A stretch of DNA of 57,633 nt, counting the filler, from Sphacelaria rigidula (Eukaryota), in the NCBI GenBank assembly GCA_964200075.2. It is 5 parts of 5 records of this genome, joined end to end, with 100 filler letters (N's around TTAATTAATTAA, not from the genome) between each part and the next. Parts side by side here need not be neighbours in the genome. Positions count along the whole stretch, not along the records: positions 1 to 11,448 come from CAXNAA020004910.1; 4 more parts are not named here. One strand, given 5' to 3'. Every line of letters starts with the position of its first letter. The stretch's first letter is position 1. Positions 1-11,548 of this stretch are shown here, piece by piece. Position numbers and translations under genes: made by a program. The notes under the pieces were generated by a model. It worked only from the letters and a program-made list of their open reading frames with translations, made no database searches and was not told the DNA's origin.

Positions 1-248
1 TGCTCCCCAGCACAATTGCTTCTTTCTTCTATCACTAAGAACACACTGCTCAGGGCAGACATCCATCGCTGAAACACTCTCTTCGTAGCGTGCAGACAGT
101 GGTGAGAATGGATCACACACAAAAAAGGGAATGTTGGATGATGGTTGGGAAGGGAAGTAGCGGGAAGCTCGTCTCTTGACGGGGACGGTTGTGGCTTGTG
201 CCGATTCTGCTCGCAGCGTTTCACACCTTTTGATGTGTGTCTCTGTGT

Positions 249-557
249 GGGGGGGTGTACTCATGGTCATGCATGCCGTCGCCATAATATGACCATTGAC
301 CTCGCATCCTTACAAAGCCGGAACGGAGCACGCCGGTTTTTCGCTGGACCAGGGTCGTACTCAATCACCAAGTGCGAAGCGCTGTGGTGTGTTGGGCGAG
401 TCGCATGAGGGGTGAGCTCCATCCTGCTAAGAGTGTTCGGTCCTACTGGTTATCTTGCATTCCGATGACAGCCTCAGACGAGTTACCTTATTCTCTGGTA
501 TCGCCACTTCCAGAGACAGCCGCGGCTTATACACTGCTCCATGGGTGTCTCACCATT
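249..557 (+). repeat. Dispersed repeat 'A' (subterminal sequence of a GRG-TIR, Sola2-like element), bounded by G-runs
   Basis: G7-tgtactcatg...gaccattgacctcgcatcc...gtctcaccatt-G7. Same sequence at about 18660, 26135, 29020, 30360, 31373, 34490 and 57541, and inverted at 34642, 46011 and 54453. Confidence 0.9.
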
Positions 558-839
558 GGGGGGGAGCGAGTGCTTTTTAGGAGGTACCTACCCCCTTGGC
601 GCTTGTTTTCAAACCCTTGATTGAGAGAGGGGCAGGGAAAGGGGGGGAAGGGAGGAGGGGAGGGGAGAGGGAAAAGTATCTCACACTTTTGTCCGTGTAA
701 GAGCGGAGAGCAGTGTGATGGAAATGATTTGAAATTGTTGTCGTTTTGTCGGCGTGTTTCCATGCGAACACAAATAAAGCGAGAAGACTTGGTGGTGTCC
801 CAGAAGTAGGGAAGCCGCACGTTGAAAATTGAAAATCCC

Positions 840-1925
840 GAGAGTACAGGAGAGAGTGCAGAGTAGAAGCTTCGAAATTTCACAGTGGACGTTAAAACGT
901 TCATAGCGGAGGCTGATGTGACGTGGCTTGACATGATATTTTTTGTCGCAGTGATTGGCCGCAGGTTGCCCCGCCAAATGCACGATCGACCAGTGTTCAC
1001 TTCTGAAGTGAATAGGCCGGTACAATACTGACTATACCGTACACTGCATACGGCACCGTACGCACCATACACTACGCCTTTTCACTGCATCTGCAGTACT
1101 TCAATTCACCACGGTGCACTACAGTGGCCGTCCTGTAGTGCTTTAGTGCTATAGTGCTGTGCAGCGTGGAGTACAGCGCAGTACAGGGAGCGCAATGCAG
1201 AACTCTACAACAGTGCATCGCGATGCTGTCAAATATTGCACTGTACAGCAATACCGTACAGAGAGTCAGTTGTACAAACAGTAGTACAGGCAGTACGGTA
1301 CGCAGCACTTTCAAACAGCAGACCTAGGCCGCATCGTCGATGGTTTTCCACATGCCACCCATAACGGTGGTGCAAGACGTCATGATCTCTCACGGGATGG
1401 GAATACAGCCAGGTGTAGTTCTGCTTGTGCGCTGTAGACTACGAATCGTTCGCACCGTCTTCTTCCAGCTGAAGCTGGCAAGAATGAGGAACTGCACTCA
1501 ACGGAACCTGTGCCCGTCGAGCATTTGAATTTTCACGCAACACAACCGCACGCGAAGCTGATACCATGGCGGCGTCAGGGAGGCATTTTCATATCGATGC
1601 CAAGCTTTTCTACTTCGTGAATGATCCATTGTGATGAGCACGGCAGTTTTGGTGGATGATGAATGTTCCATTTTGCTTGTCAGGGTGTATTGGCTTTGGG
1701 CTGGACGTGACCATGACGGTGAAGGTGGGCGTGTCTTTTTCCATTCCGCTTTGAACTCTGAAGAGGAACAACGGTTTTCAGAGTAAAGTGGTGCAAACGG
1801 GACTCTCACTCGAAATAAATCGCTCTGAAACAAACTTAATAGCGGAAAGTGCACCGCTACCGGCTATTTTTCCTTCCACTTTGACTAAGATTTGAAAAGC
1901 CGTTTTCCGGAACTCTTTAATATAT
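840..1925. repeat. About 1.1-kb dispersed repeat block, probable interior of the element carrying repeat A
   Basis: Colinear diverged copy at about 18965-20035 on another contig. In both places it follows repeat A. Contains a CAGTA/TACTG-rich tract. Confidence 0.85.
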
Positions 1926-3189
1926 CTATATATGCACAAGAACCCCGGATTCTGACTGTCGAAACGTTGAATATAGCACAAAACTAAGTTTTTGCACACG
2001 AACGCGTTGTTGCATGTCATGCGGGCAGGTAGTGAAACATCTACGTATCTTCGGCTGCGATCTCACCCGGCACATGCCACAAATATGGTTGGAAAAAGTT
2101 CTCGGCCGACAGGCGTAGAACCTGCAGTGCCGATGTCAAATATGAGGGCAATTGCTGGCGGCCACGTCGGCGACGACGACGCAGCAGGAGGGGAGCCCAG
2201 TCCCCGGTCGTATGGAAAACACGGGGCGATTGCAGTGTTCTGTGACTCTGGGGCGCCAGGCACGGTCGTCGATGGTGCGCTCATACAAACCGAGGGGGCG
2301 GTGGGTGGCGGCGACGACCTACGAAGCTCGCAGAGTGAAATAGTAGAGAAGCGATCACCCAGGGAAGGCCCGACGTACACAGTCTCTAATACCCGCGCGT
2401 CGGAGGTGAACACACAGAAGCTATTGGCATCCACTGCGCCGACGATAATCCTCCACGAAGTGGGCACCACAACTTGCGAAGACCGAGAAACTACCGACTG
2501 GATACCCTGTGAGGTGGGGATTTCTACTCCATCTGCATGCGCAAGACGGGCGAGTGTTCAGTGGCTCGCAGGCAGCGGCCGTTCTGTCGTGCTCCGAAGT
2601 GTCTGAGAAGAAGCTCCAGGACAATATCGCCTGTTAAGTGTTGGGCGACAAGACTAAAAAGGGCGCAACGAAGCAAATATTGTAAACGATCCCGTCCGTG
2701 ATGCCGCGTTCAACCCACGAACACGCAGGGTAGAAGTTCGGCATTGAAGTCCAACACGAAGAACAATTTGATGTACACGCAGGAGCTGCTGACAGTATTG
2801 CAAGGGATCGTGGGGGCGCCCGATATTTCCCAGGAGGAGAAGGAGAGGGTGCTTTTCAAGCTAGGGGCGTCTGTCCCGTTCAGTTCATTGAATTCTAAAG
2901 GAAGTGAGAGCCATATTCAACATCCCTCTGTGGGGAGATGATGACGGGGGGGGGGGAGGAACACAGATGGCGCCGCCGCCTCAGCATCAGGCAGTTCACT
3001 TTCTGATCCTGACTATATAGGCAGGAAATCACAGCCGTGGTACGCCGGAGTTTCAAATTGTAGGTAATTTCCACAGCGAGTATTCGGAACATACATGAAC
3101 AAACGAAGCACACCCCCGTGACGCACGTTCACTTTCCGCTGATCCCACTCCGTTGCCCGCTTGATTCCTACCCGCCGTGTTGCCTACTC

Positions 3190-5700
3190 AGGTGTAGGTC
3201 GCTCGAAAAAAAGTCTTGCCGTGCAATGGATAAGATTCGCTTGCCCCGATGCAGAACAGCCGAATCCGTGCTACATGGCCCACAGGCATGCCATCGACCA
3301 TGCCGTGAAGGCGCACAGGGAACCTCCTCAGGCCGTCACAGAGGGTGACTACCCGGCAGTCGAAGCCTGCCACGCGGCGAAGGTGCGCACTGAGTGGACG
3401 AACGAGAAGACAGAGCTGACTGTGCTGGCATAGGACGACCCTGACACCGTGGGAATTATCAAGGCGCACGAGCAGCGAGGACGAACGGAGAAGATAGGAA
3501 AATGCGGCACAAAGTTCAATCCAAGATCCACGAAGCCTCTTCCACGCGCGTCATACTTTCAGAGTCTACTTCGCCAGAACAACGAACTTGTCCGGAATTA
3601 CCCGACCGCAGGTGCATTCAAGCGGATACTACTCGATAACAATGAAGGATCACTGATCGTCACTCACGGGGCCAGCATGCTGCATGTTCTCAGAGGCTTC
3701 ACGCATCGGCTGCGGCAGGAGTAGGAGGGCACGTTGGACGGGAGCGAGGAGGGGGAGTGGCGACGACGGCGGCCACCAGGTGCGAGTCTATGGTGGACAC
3801 GCAGCCCGGCGTGGGCGCGAACAGTGAGGGGAAAGAAGGGCCTGACAACAGACGCCAAGCCGCAGCGCTGAGAAGTGGGGGGGCGTTGGTAGGACATACT
3901 ACCAACGCGAGCGTGGTGGGTAATAGAGTGCGAAGACTCGCCCAGCAGTTTGCGGCGGCGGTATCAGTCGGGCAAAGGGGCGACAGAGCGGCGTCGGTGA
4001 TGGGAGACGCGACGGTAGACGCCGGTCTTGTTGCTTGCGGTCTGGGGGGTGCGACCCCGCAGTGGAACACGGCAGCGATGATGGACGAGCTACCGTGGGG
4101 GGGAGCGGGGGGGAGAAACCGCAGGCGCAACTTCGCGGGCAAGTCTTCTCGGCGGCCGGGTCGCGGTTGCGGCCAGCCAGTGGAATTCACCGGCTGTATC
4201 AAGCGGATGGAGAGGGGCCCGGCGATGCCGCCGGCGGCAGCAAGTGCGGCATACGGATGCTTCGACGACGGAGGCATGGTAGAGGTGGCCCCGCGGACAT
4301 ATCTTGCGGCGGTGACGAGCTAGCGATCAAGTGGGGCGGTGCCGGTGCCAACGACGGGGCCGAACACTAGTCTACACACCCGCGCAGGGGTTACGGAGAT
4401 TACGCGGTCGTATCTTGCCGCGTTGACAAGCTGCGAGAGGGGGGAGGAGGCGGAGGCAGGAGAATCACGCGCCCAAAGTGACGCGCTCCCCGACCCTTCT
4501 ACTCGTGCCTCGAAACGTCACCTGTTGTGGTGGCATGATGGCAGTGGGCCTGATAGGAGTATCCACAGCACACCTGGACCCGGCACAGGTGAGGGAGATA
4601 TGTCCACAGTCCACTTCATCATACACTCCGGAAGGCTGTTCGAGAAATCCCTGAAGAAGTGGCTCGTGACTTCCATCGACACTGATCAGTGGATGATTGC
4701 ACTTCTGGCGATGTCCTCCGGGTGTATCAAGTCGCATGGTTCAGGCGACGTGCTAGTCACTGTCAAACGCATCGTGAATGATGGCCCCCAGTATTTACTG
4801 GTGAACCGGGTGTACAGTGCGATCGAGAATCTGGGGGACGGGAGCGAGAGTGCTTGGCCCCCCGACGGCCAGTACGCTTGGCTGACACCATCAATGAAGG
4901 CGACACTGTTCGTTTCCACCTACCTACTGGCTGGGTGCGATTTTTCAACACATGTGTCCGAAATTCGTTTCCTGGAGATGTGGGATTTCGTTCTAAAGGC
5001 CATTCGCACGCCAAACCTGTTCACGAAAGCGATACTGGCGGACACAGATGGGAGGCTCAGGGTGAAGATGGGAAGCTGCTGGCCACCGTTTTTTTTTTCA
5101 GGTACGAGAACGTTTTCTCACAAGTTGCCACGAACCCGGAAATTCTGTTCACCACGTGCGGACAGGACTTGGCGTCGTACGTGAACAAGATCCGCTTGTG
5201 TATTACCACAGCGCATGTGCACCAACCTTCCCGCTGCTGCCTAGACTTGGGCGCCTGTAAGAAGCACGTCAGTAAGTCCGATGTAGTGTTGGAATACTGG
5301 GGGGGAAGCTCCCTACGCAGAATGTCCCCAGTGAACTTAAACGGACGCAGGGGGCGTACTCATTTGTTGCTTGCCTTGGTCGTTTGACCATTGACCACGC
5401 ATCCCTTTCGAGACGGAGCACGGACGCAGGGGAGGCATAGAACCTGAGAGGAGGACTTAGCACAAGGGTGGTGTAACAGCCTCGATACCAGCGGAGGGGG
5501 AACTGTCACGCGATAACATTGTGGTGTGCTTGTCGAGTCACACACACGTCGACAGACTTTCATGTGCATGCAACCCGGAAAGGGCGGTGACAAAACACAG
5601 ATGCCGGAGTTGCAGGTGTTTGGGCAACTGCACTCTGATCTGCGGTTGCCAGGGTCGCTGCTTCCTATCCCCGCCCCCTTCGCGAGCGGCCGCCGAGAAC
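3190..5700 (+). pseudogene. Decayed AcademX-like transposon ORF: XPG/PIN-like nuclease region plus C-terminal Cys-rich (Tesmin/CXC-like) finger
   Basis: Motifs in the expected order: GRSKKS, HAID, VLA*DDPD..IKAHEQRGR, GEGD (HEEAD-like), SIDTD, LAGCD, H..K.....YW, GW, CACNP..CRSCRC..CTLICGC..RC. Stops at 3431 and 3722, a frameshift near 5065, and an insertion at about 5354-5419. Confidence 0.7.
5350..5432 (+). repeat. Dispersed repeat 'B' inserted with a 13-bp direct repeat
   Basis: gcgtactcatttgttgcttgcc...gagacggagc, flanked by ACGGACGCAGGGG at 5341-5353 and 5420-5432. Confidence 0.9.
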
Positions 5701-5739
5701 CCCGCTGAAGAAACCGGCGCCGGACACAGCGGTGCATGC

Positions 5740-6110
5740 GGCCGATCGCGAAACGGGAGAAGCCGATCAATAGCGAAGCATGCAAGGCGCGGGTCGACTG
5801 CATCGCGTGGAATGGGGGCAGCATCTCGAGCAAGCACCGCACCAGGAATACCTGTTGATGCGACTGATGGTGAGGAGCCTCGCTATCGCGGCGGCGGGAG
5901 TGAGGTAAGGGGGGGAGCGCACTCTGGACTAGATCCGATCAGTGATACCGATGGCGAAGATGGCCGTGCACGCTTGCGATTTTGCAAGGGATAAGGCCGG
6001 TCAACAGCGAAGCATGCGAGGGGCGAGTCGGTTGCATCACGCGGAAGGGGCGCGGCAAGTCGAGCGAGCAACGCGCCAGGGGCACCTATTGATATGACCG
6101 ATGGTAAGGG
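5740..6110 (+). repeat. Diverged direct repeat (two copies about 235 bp apart) downstream of the CXC finger
   Basis: agcgaagcatgc...gatggtgagg (about 5770-5876) versus agcgaagcatgc...gatggtaagg (about 6005-6109). Confidence 0.75.
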
Positions 6111-7179
6111 GCGTTACTGGCACGGAGGCAGGAGGCAGGGGGTAGGGCGGGTGCATCCGGGACAAGAGCCAATCGATGGCTACTTTTGCGACGGCGGATC
6201 AGATAAACCCGTCGGACACAAGTCGAACTCTGCAGTCGGGATCTGGATCGGAGATTCGGATTAAGAATGCAGCGGGTCCGAGAGACAGGACTCGACAACG
6301 GAAGCGGGCGACGACAATGAGGAAGATTTCGCGTCCTGATTTCAGAGTGTGGATAACGTTGGGGTCGTTCCTGCTGTAGATAGATTACGCAAACGTTTCT
6401 GTACAATTCAAGTTTGTTTTTTTCTAGGCTGTAGTCGCGAGCCATGTCTCATGTACATGGCGATGATGGTTCGTGCAAGTGCGGTGCACCGTGGGGTGCA
6501 AACGTGTATGGGGAGTGATCTGGCTACGCCCGTCAGCGAATCGCCCGTGGTGCATGAGGCTACATGGTAATGTCAATCAAGTGAGTGTTTCAACGCAAGG
6601 CGACTAATCTGAACGACACTATGGTATGCCAGTCAACATTTCGACACACTCTGCAGCACTGGCAATGCTCGCACCTCAACGCTATGGCGTAGAAAAGTGC
6701 CGGAAATCATCCGTATCACTTTTGTGTTGGACAGTTGGACGAATAACATCGTGTGGTGTTCTTCGTTATACTCTCGCCGATATCCCTGATACTGCACCAT
6801 CTGCACCGACCCGGAGGGTCGTGTCACCGCTGGTCTGGCGCATCACACATCGGGTCGATTTTCGCAACGTTTCATTGACACCGCTTCCTATGGCGAACAT
6901 AACATGTTGAACGGCTGTTTTTTTCATGTCCTTCTTCCTCGTTTTGGGCGTAGATGATACCTGGGCGGATGTTGCCTCCTCGATATACCTTGCGTTCATC
7001 GTCGGAAAATCTGTCACATCGTATGAACGTGTTCAGGTGCTTGTGTTTTATTTGTTTTGCCGAAGTTGCATGTTCGTCCAAGAACTGTGAACATCCGTCG
7101 AGTTCAGAGTAAAGTGGTAGTCAGGTGTGGAAATCCATAACACTTATCACCTCGTGTCGACTGTTCTTAGACAAAAATG

Positions 7180-8200
7180 CTAGTCCAGGCAAAAAAACAA
7201 TTTGCGGCCACCGGAAAATGCGAACGTCACACGGGTTGTTCCCCCGTACTTGACCACTCTGGCAGAAGAGTGTATGTGTGAAAAAAATATTGCTGCCACT
7301 GCCAGAAAAAAGTAAGGCGCCCTCGAGTTTTTTTTCCTACGGGTATAATAGGAAGTCATTAGAAGCTGTAAATACCCCCTAGCTCTCTTTCGGACGCAAA
7401 ACAACACAGATGGACAAAAACTAGTGCTACGAGCTGGGCCAGCAGTAAATACCGCGTTTGCATGTCAAATCATATAAGACGGTTCTCCGATCTTTTCATC
7501 CGCCGGTTACCGGGGATCTGACAACGTCACGTGATTGCCCCACATCTCCCAGAACCCTAGGACCCCCGAAAACCGGCGAAATGGAGAAAAAACACAGAAA
7601 ACCTCATCCTCGAAAGTATTACAGTGACCTGAAGTACAGATATACACATTTTCAAAATCCAACTCTAAATCCTGCGGGAAGGTTTGCATTAGCCCGACTT
7701 GAGCATATTGGTGTGACCTGCAGACCAACGTGGTAACGCATGCGACCGCCGCTGAATGAAAAAAAAGCGAAACAAATGTACTGCATAATGTGTATCACCT
7801 ATCTGACGGAACAAAAAAAAGAGGAATCCGTCGGGATCGAACTCGTGACCTGCAAAAGTGGAGTCAACAGCATCACTTGGATTGAATGAGCGCAGCCGTG
7901 CCACACGAAAAGTTGGATGCTGTGCCAAATTTCTCGAAGTTTTGGCCGTAATTGCACCAGGGTCTCCTCCGCTGAAGGACGCAACAACTAAAGTAGGGAT
8001 GCCCACATATTTATTTATTTTCACGGAGTTATAGCATTTCTCTAGTTTATGCAGAAACTACAAATCGCTCTAACTGCATGTTCTTTTTCTTTCTTGGCAT
8101 CCCCGAGAAGGTTATGCGTGGTGATGATAAAAATGTTGGGTCACAATTTCAGCTCCCGACGCTTCGAATTACCCACCGCCTGGCTCGGATACATTCGCAA
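7180..8200. repeat. Dispersed repeat family 'C' (probable non-autonomous DNA element)
   Basis: Diverged colinear similarity to about 51060-51960 (gctacgagctg, gtcgggat(t)cgaactc.tgacctg, agttatagcattt, aaaaatgt..gtca.aatttcagc). Partial similarity to about 11640-11830 and 29740-29935. Confidence 0.7.
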
Positions 8201-9756
8201 ACCCCCGTCAGCTGGCCGAGCTCATACAGTAATTGTTTGCGTCGTTTGTTCGCCATGAAAACTGACCTCAGAGGCGGAGGGATCACGGCCTCGCTGATGA
8301 CAGTTTGCGGGTGTGTACGCTGTGTTTTGGGGAGCGACCTCGCGCGCCACCGCAGCTTGAACGCCGTGTACATGTTTAAACCATCTGCTCTGCTGACAGG
8401 CAACGCTGTTGTTTCCACGAAAGAGTGTAGGAGAATAAATCTAGGACTACAAATACACCTAAACGCGGCGCAATTACCGCCGGCTTATTTTGGATATCGG
8501 CTTCCTTCGTATCTGGTACGCTTTTCCACCGCATCTCATGTGTCTCAACACCCTGCACCGAGATGATAATATCTCGATACACACAGCAGCTGCAGCGATA
8601 AACCAAGTTGCTCTGTGTGCTAAGACGCATGTCTATCAGCTCTCGACGTCGCGGCTGCGCATACCCTTGCCTCACATGGAAATGTTGACGTAAGGTAAGG
8701 TTCATCTATTGCAATTTCCGCACGATTCCGGGAACTAATTGGTGCGATTTTGATGTTTAAAGATGGCTATTAGAAATTACTACCTGCCTCTCGAGTTTCA
8801 GCTGGCTGCCATTCGTGTAGAGCGAGATATCTGCGATCGCGTGAAGGGTCAGCCATATTGAAAAATGACGTTTGGGCTTGTACAGATTTCGTCGACTTTC
8901 CCCCCGGTCATCCGTCAATCGCTTGTGTGCTGTACTGGGTGGAATTGATGCGGACTTCGACACAGAGGTAGCTCAGGATAAGTACTACAGCTGTGCATCA
9001 CCATAGTTAGTTATCATTATTTTCTCCTCTCGACGTTTTTTACTTCACGAAGTCGCGTTTTGGGGGTGGTGGTAAAAAACGTGACACTGAACTGTGCGAA
9101 ACACTGCATCACTATGTGTGGCAAGGGCGCACAAAAAAAAATCCTGGACCCACACTACCATTTTTTCATTTTTGGCCCGCCGAGGGGGGGGGAGGTGGGT
9201 GGGGGGTGGCCCTACACTAATTTCAGTATATATCGAGTCAACCAACTTGAGTAAACACTAACTTCAAACACGATACCCTATCCTGATCAACACTGACCTT
9301 AAATTGGGCACTCTATAATCCTAGACCTAGGCGAGTAGTCGGGTATGATTGACCAGATATCAAAGAGACAACATGAAAGATATGGGGCTGCACGTCAGGC
9401 AGCCTCGGGAAAACTTATGTACTCGGAGTAGTAAACAGGCAGCAGGTGACGTGAGCTCAGCACACAACAAGGCTCTCCCTTGAAAGACAGAGGAAGGGGC
9501 TACAAGTTAGACATCACGATTACTACCCTGCGTGCCTGCGAGCAGCCGCGCGACGCGGCGCAACTTGGGCGGCGCAACATGCGCGGCCTAATTTTTTTTG
9601 TTGAAACCGTCGAAAATGCGGCGAGTTTCATGGGGCGAAAACGCGTCGAGTGGCCTCCGCTTACACGCGAACGTACACCCCCGTCACAATCTCGTCGGCC
9701 CACTAACCTAGGCGTATTGGGGCGGGAATGATCCAATTGCATTCTTCGTTGCGCCC

Positions 9757-10790
9757 ATGGTAAAGTGTGGTCTCTACACTGGGTGTAAGCACCCGACGGT
9801 TGGCAGAGGAAGCAGGAATTGCTCGGAATGCGTGGAATGTGAGGCTATATTGCACCATTTATGTGTCGAAGACGCTTTGGGCATCGTGGGTAAGCCGAAT
9901 GTTTGGCTTTGTGGCATAAAGTACTGCCACGCCAAACACCCGGACAGAGGTGCATCCGCTGCTGCTGCTGCTGGGGGCGGTGGGTCGGCCGGCCCAGCAA
10001 CAAATGCTCCATCTTCGGGCACTACGAGCGGGAGCGCGCGATCGCGTTCGAGGGACTCCACCAACTCAGATGCTGCTAGGGCTGCTACTAGCGCTGCCGT
10101 TGGGGGTGGTGGATCGGTCGGTCCAGCAACAAATGCTCCGTCTTCGGGCACAAGGGGCGGGAGCGCACGATCGCGCTCAAGGGACTCCACCATCTCAGCT
10201 GCTGCTAGGGCTGCTACTGGGGGCGGTGGGTCGGCCGGCCCAGCAACAAATGCCCGATCTTCGGGCACTACGGGCGGGAGCGCGCGATCACGCTCGAGGG
10301 ATTCCACCAACTCAGCTGCTGCTAGGGCTGCTACTGGGGGCGGTGGGTCGGCTGGCCCAGCAACAAATGCCCCATCTTCGGGCACTACGGGCGGGAGCGC
10401 GCAATCACGCTCGAGGGACTCCACCAACTCAGCTGCTGCTAGGGCTGCTACTAGCGCTGCCGCTGGGGGCGGTGGATCGGTCGGTCCAGCAACAAATGCT
10501 CCGTCTTCGGGCACTACGGGCGGGAGCGCACGATCCCGCTCAAGGAATTCCATCAACTCAGCTGCTGCTAGGGGTGCTGCTGGAGGCGGTGGGTCGGCCG
10601 GCCCAGCAACAAATGCCCGATCTTCGGGCACTACGGGCGGGAGCGCTCGAGAGGATCAGCATTGTATGCGAGATATAGCAACAAAAGACGACCGCGGCCA
10701 TTGGATCTGCTCATGTGGGCAGGACTTTGGCGATGCGAAACACTGGAGGCAGACCAACATTGATCAGCACAAGGATTCGGAGAGGCATAA
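9757..10790 (+). CDS. Exon 1: PHD-like Cys/His N-terminus, Gly/Ser/Ala tandem repeats, CxC-x15-H-x5-H zinc finger; host gene or transposase N-terminus
   Basis: cccATG start and 344 open codons. Donor AA|gtgagt (phase 2) joins in frame to 10966. Confidence 0.75.
9973..10647 (+). repeat. Coding minisatellite with 129/117-bp units (about 5.6 copies) and a 363-bp higher-order period
   Basis: GGGGS(A/V)GPATNA(P/R)SSGTTGGSARSRSRDSTNSAAARAAT units. Unit 4 begins at 10336 = 9973+363. Confidence 0.95.
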
Positions 10791-10965
10791 GTGAGTAACA
10801 CTCGTTAGGAATACGTGAGTTGGATTGGACGCCTTATATTTTGCTCGTTGTCGGTGTGCACAATTTTTTGGTGCACAAGGTGTACACATGGAAGAGTGCC
10901 TAGGTGTTTTTCGAGCTGGTTTATTTGTGCTCTAAACGTTCGCTCTCTGCCCAACTTCGTTCCAG

Positions 10966-11115
10966 GAGGGGGAATGTGAAGGACTCCGCCTTGCAAAAGA
11001 TTGCAACGAAAAACAACCGTGGCCACTGGATCTGCAAGTGCGGGCAGGACTTTGGCGATGCTAAACACTGGAACTCAGAGGCGGTAGAATCACACGCAAA
11101 ATCCGACAGGCACAG
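10966..11115 (+). CDS. Exon 2: second copy of the zinc finger (IATKNNRGHWICKCGQDFGDAKHW...H...H)
   Basis: ttccag| acceptor and AG|gtgag donor, 150 bp, phase 2-2. Paralogous to the end of exon 1. Confidence 0.8.
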
Positions 11116-11286
11116 GTGAGAACATCTTGGATCTACCAAACTACAACAGAGCCCGATCACTCTATATGTACGAGTCTGGCACAGTGTGAAAAACAGGTTG
11201 AAACGTTGCTGCTACTGCTGGTCGTTCCTGCTGGGCTGCTACATCACAATTCTTCCTTGCCCGACGCGAACTCTGACGCACGCTAG

Positions 11287-11397
11287 CAACTTCGACATGA
11301 AGGAACTAGGTGATGGTCTTGGTGCCGCGGTTTCCATCGAGGACATCTACAGCAGACGCCCAGAGTCAAAACGCACCTGTCGTGGTCTGATCACGAG
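11287..11397 (+). CDS. Probable exon 3 (SNFDMKELGDG...RTCRGLITR)
   Basis: ctgac..gctag| acceptor and AG|gtgat donor, 111 bp, phase 2-2, open frame. The gene is cut by the contig end. Confidence 0.55.
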
Positions 11398-11448
11398 GTG
11401 ATACTGGCTTCACTCTCGAAGGAAATGCTAGGCCAAGGGTGACACGAG

Positions 11449-11548
11449 NNNNNNNNNNNNNNNNNNNNNNNNNNNNNNNNNNNNNNNNNNNNTTAATTAA
11501 TTAANNNNNNNNNNNNNNNNNNNNNNNNNNNNNNNNNNNNNNNNNNNN
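11449..11548. other. Artificial contig spacer
   Basis: N44-TTAATTAATTAA-N44, which puts stops in all six frames. Confidence 0.98.

Noticed and set aside
7181-7215. TAG-starting sequence as a possible Academ TIR
   Set aside because: No matching inverted partner or TSD could be found on the contig.
7826-7855. tRNA-like T-arm/B-box on the minus strand (also about 51612)
   Set aside because: No acceptor, D or anticodon arms; it is embedded in repeat family C.
9973-10647. CRISPR-like periodicity
   Set aside because: No unique spacers and no cas genes; it is a coding VNTR in a eukaryote.
9774-10678. Overlapping 285-aa antisense and 242-aa alternative-frame ORFs
   Set aside because: By-products of a GC-rich in-frame tandem repeat; only the 9757 frame has domains and splice continuity.
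11493-11504. TTAATTAATTAA palindrome repeated four times
   Set aside because: Always centred in N-runs; it is an artificial six-frame-stop linker.
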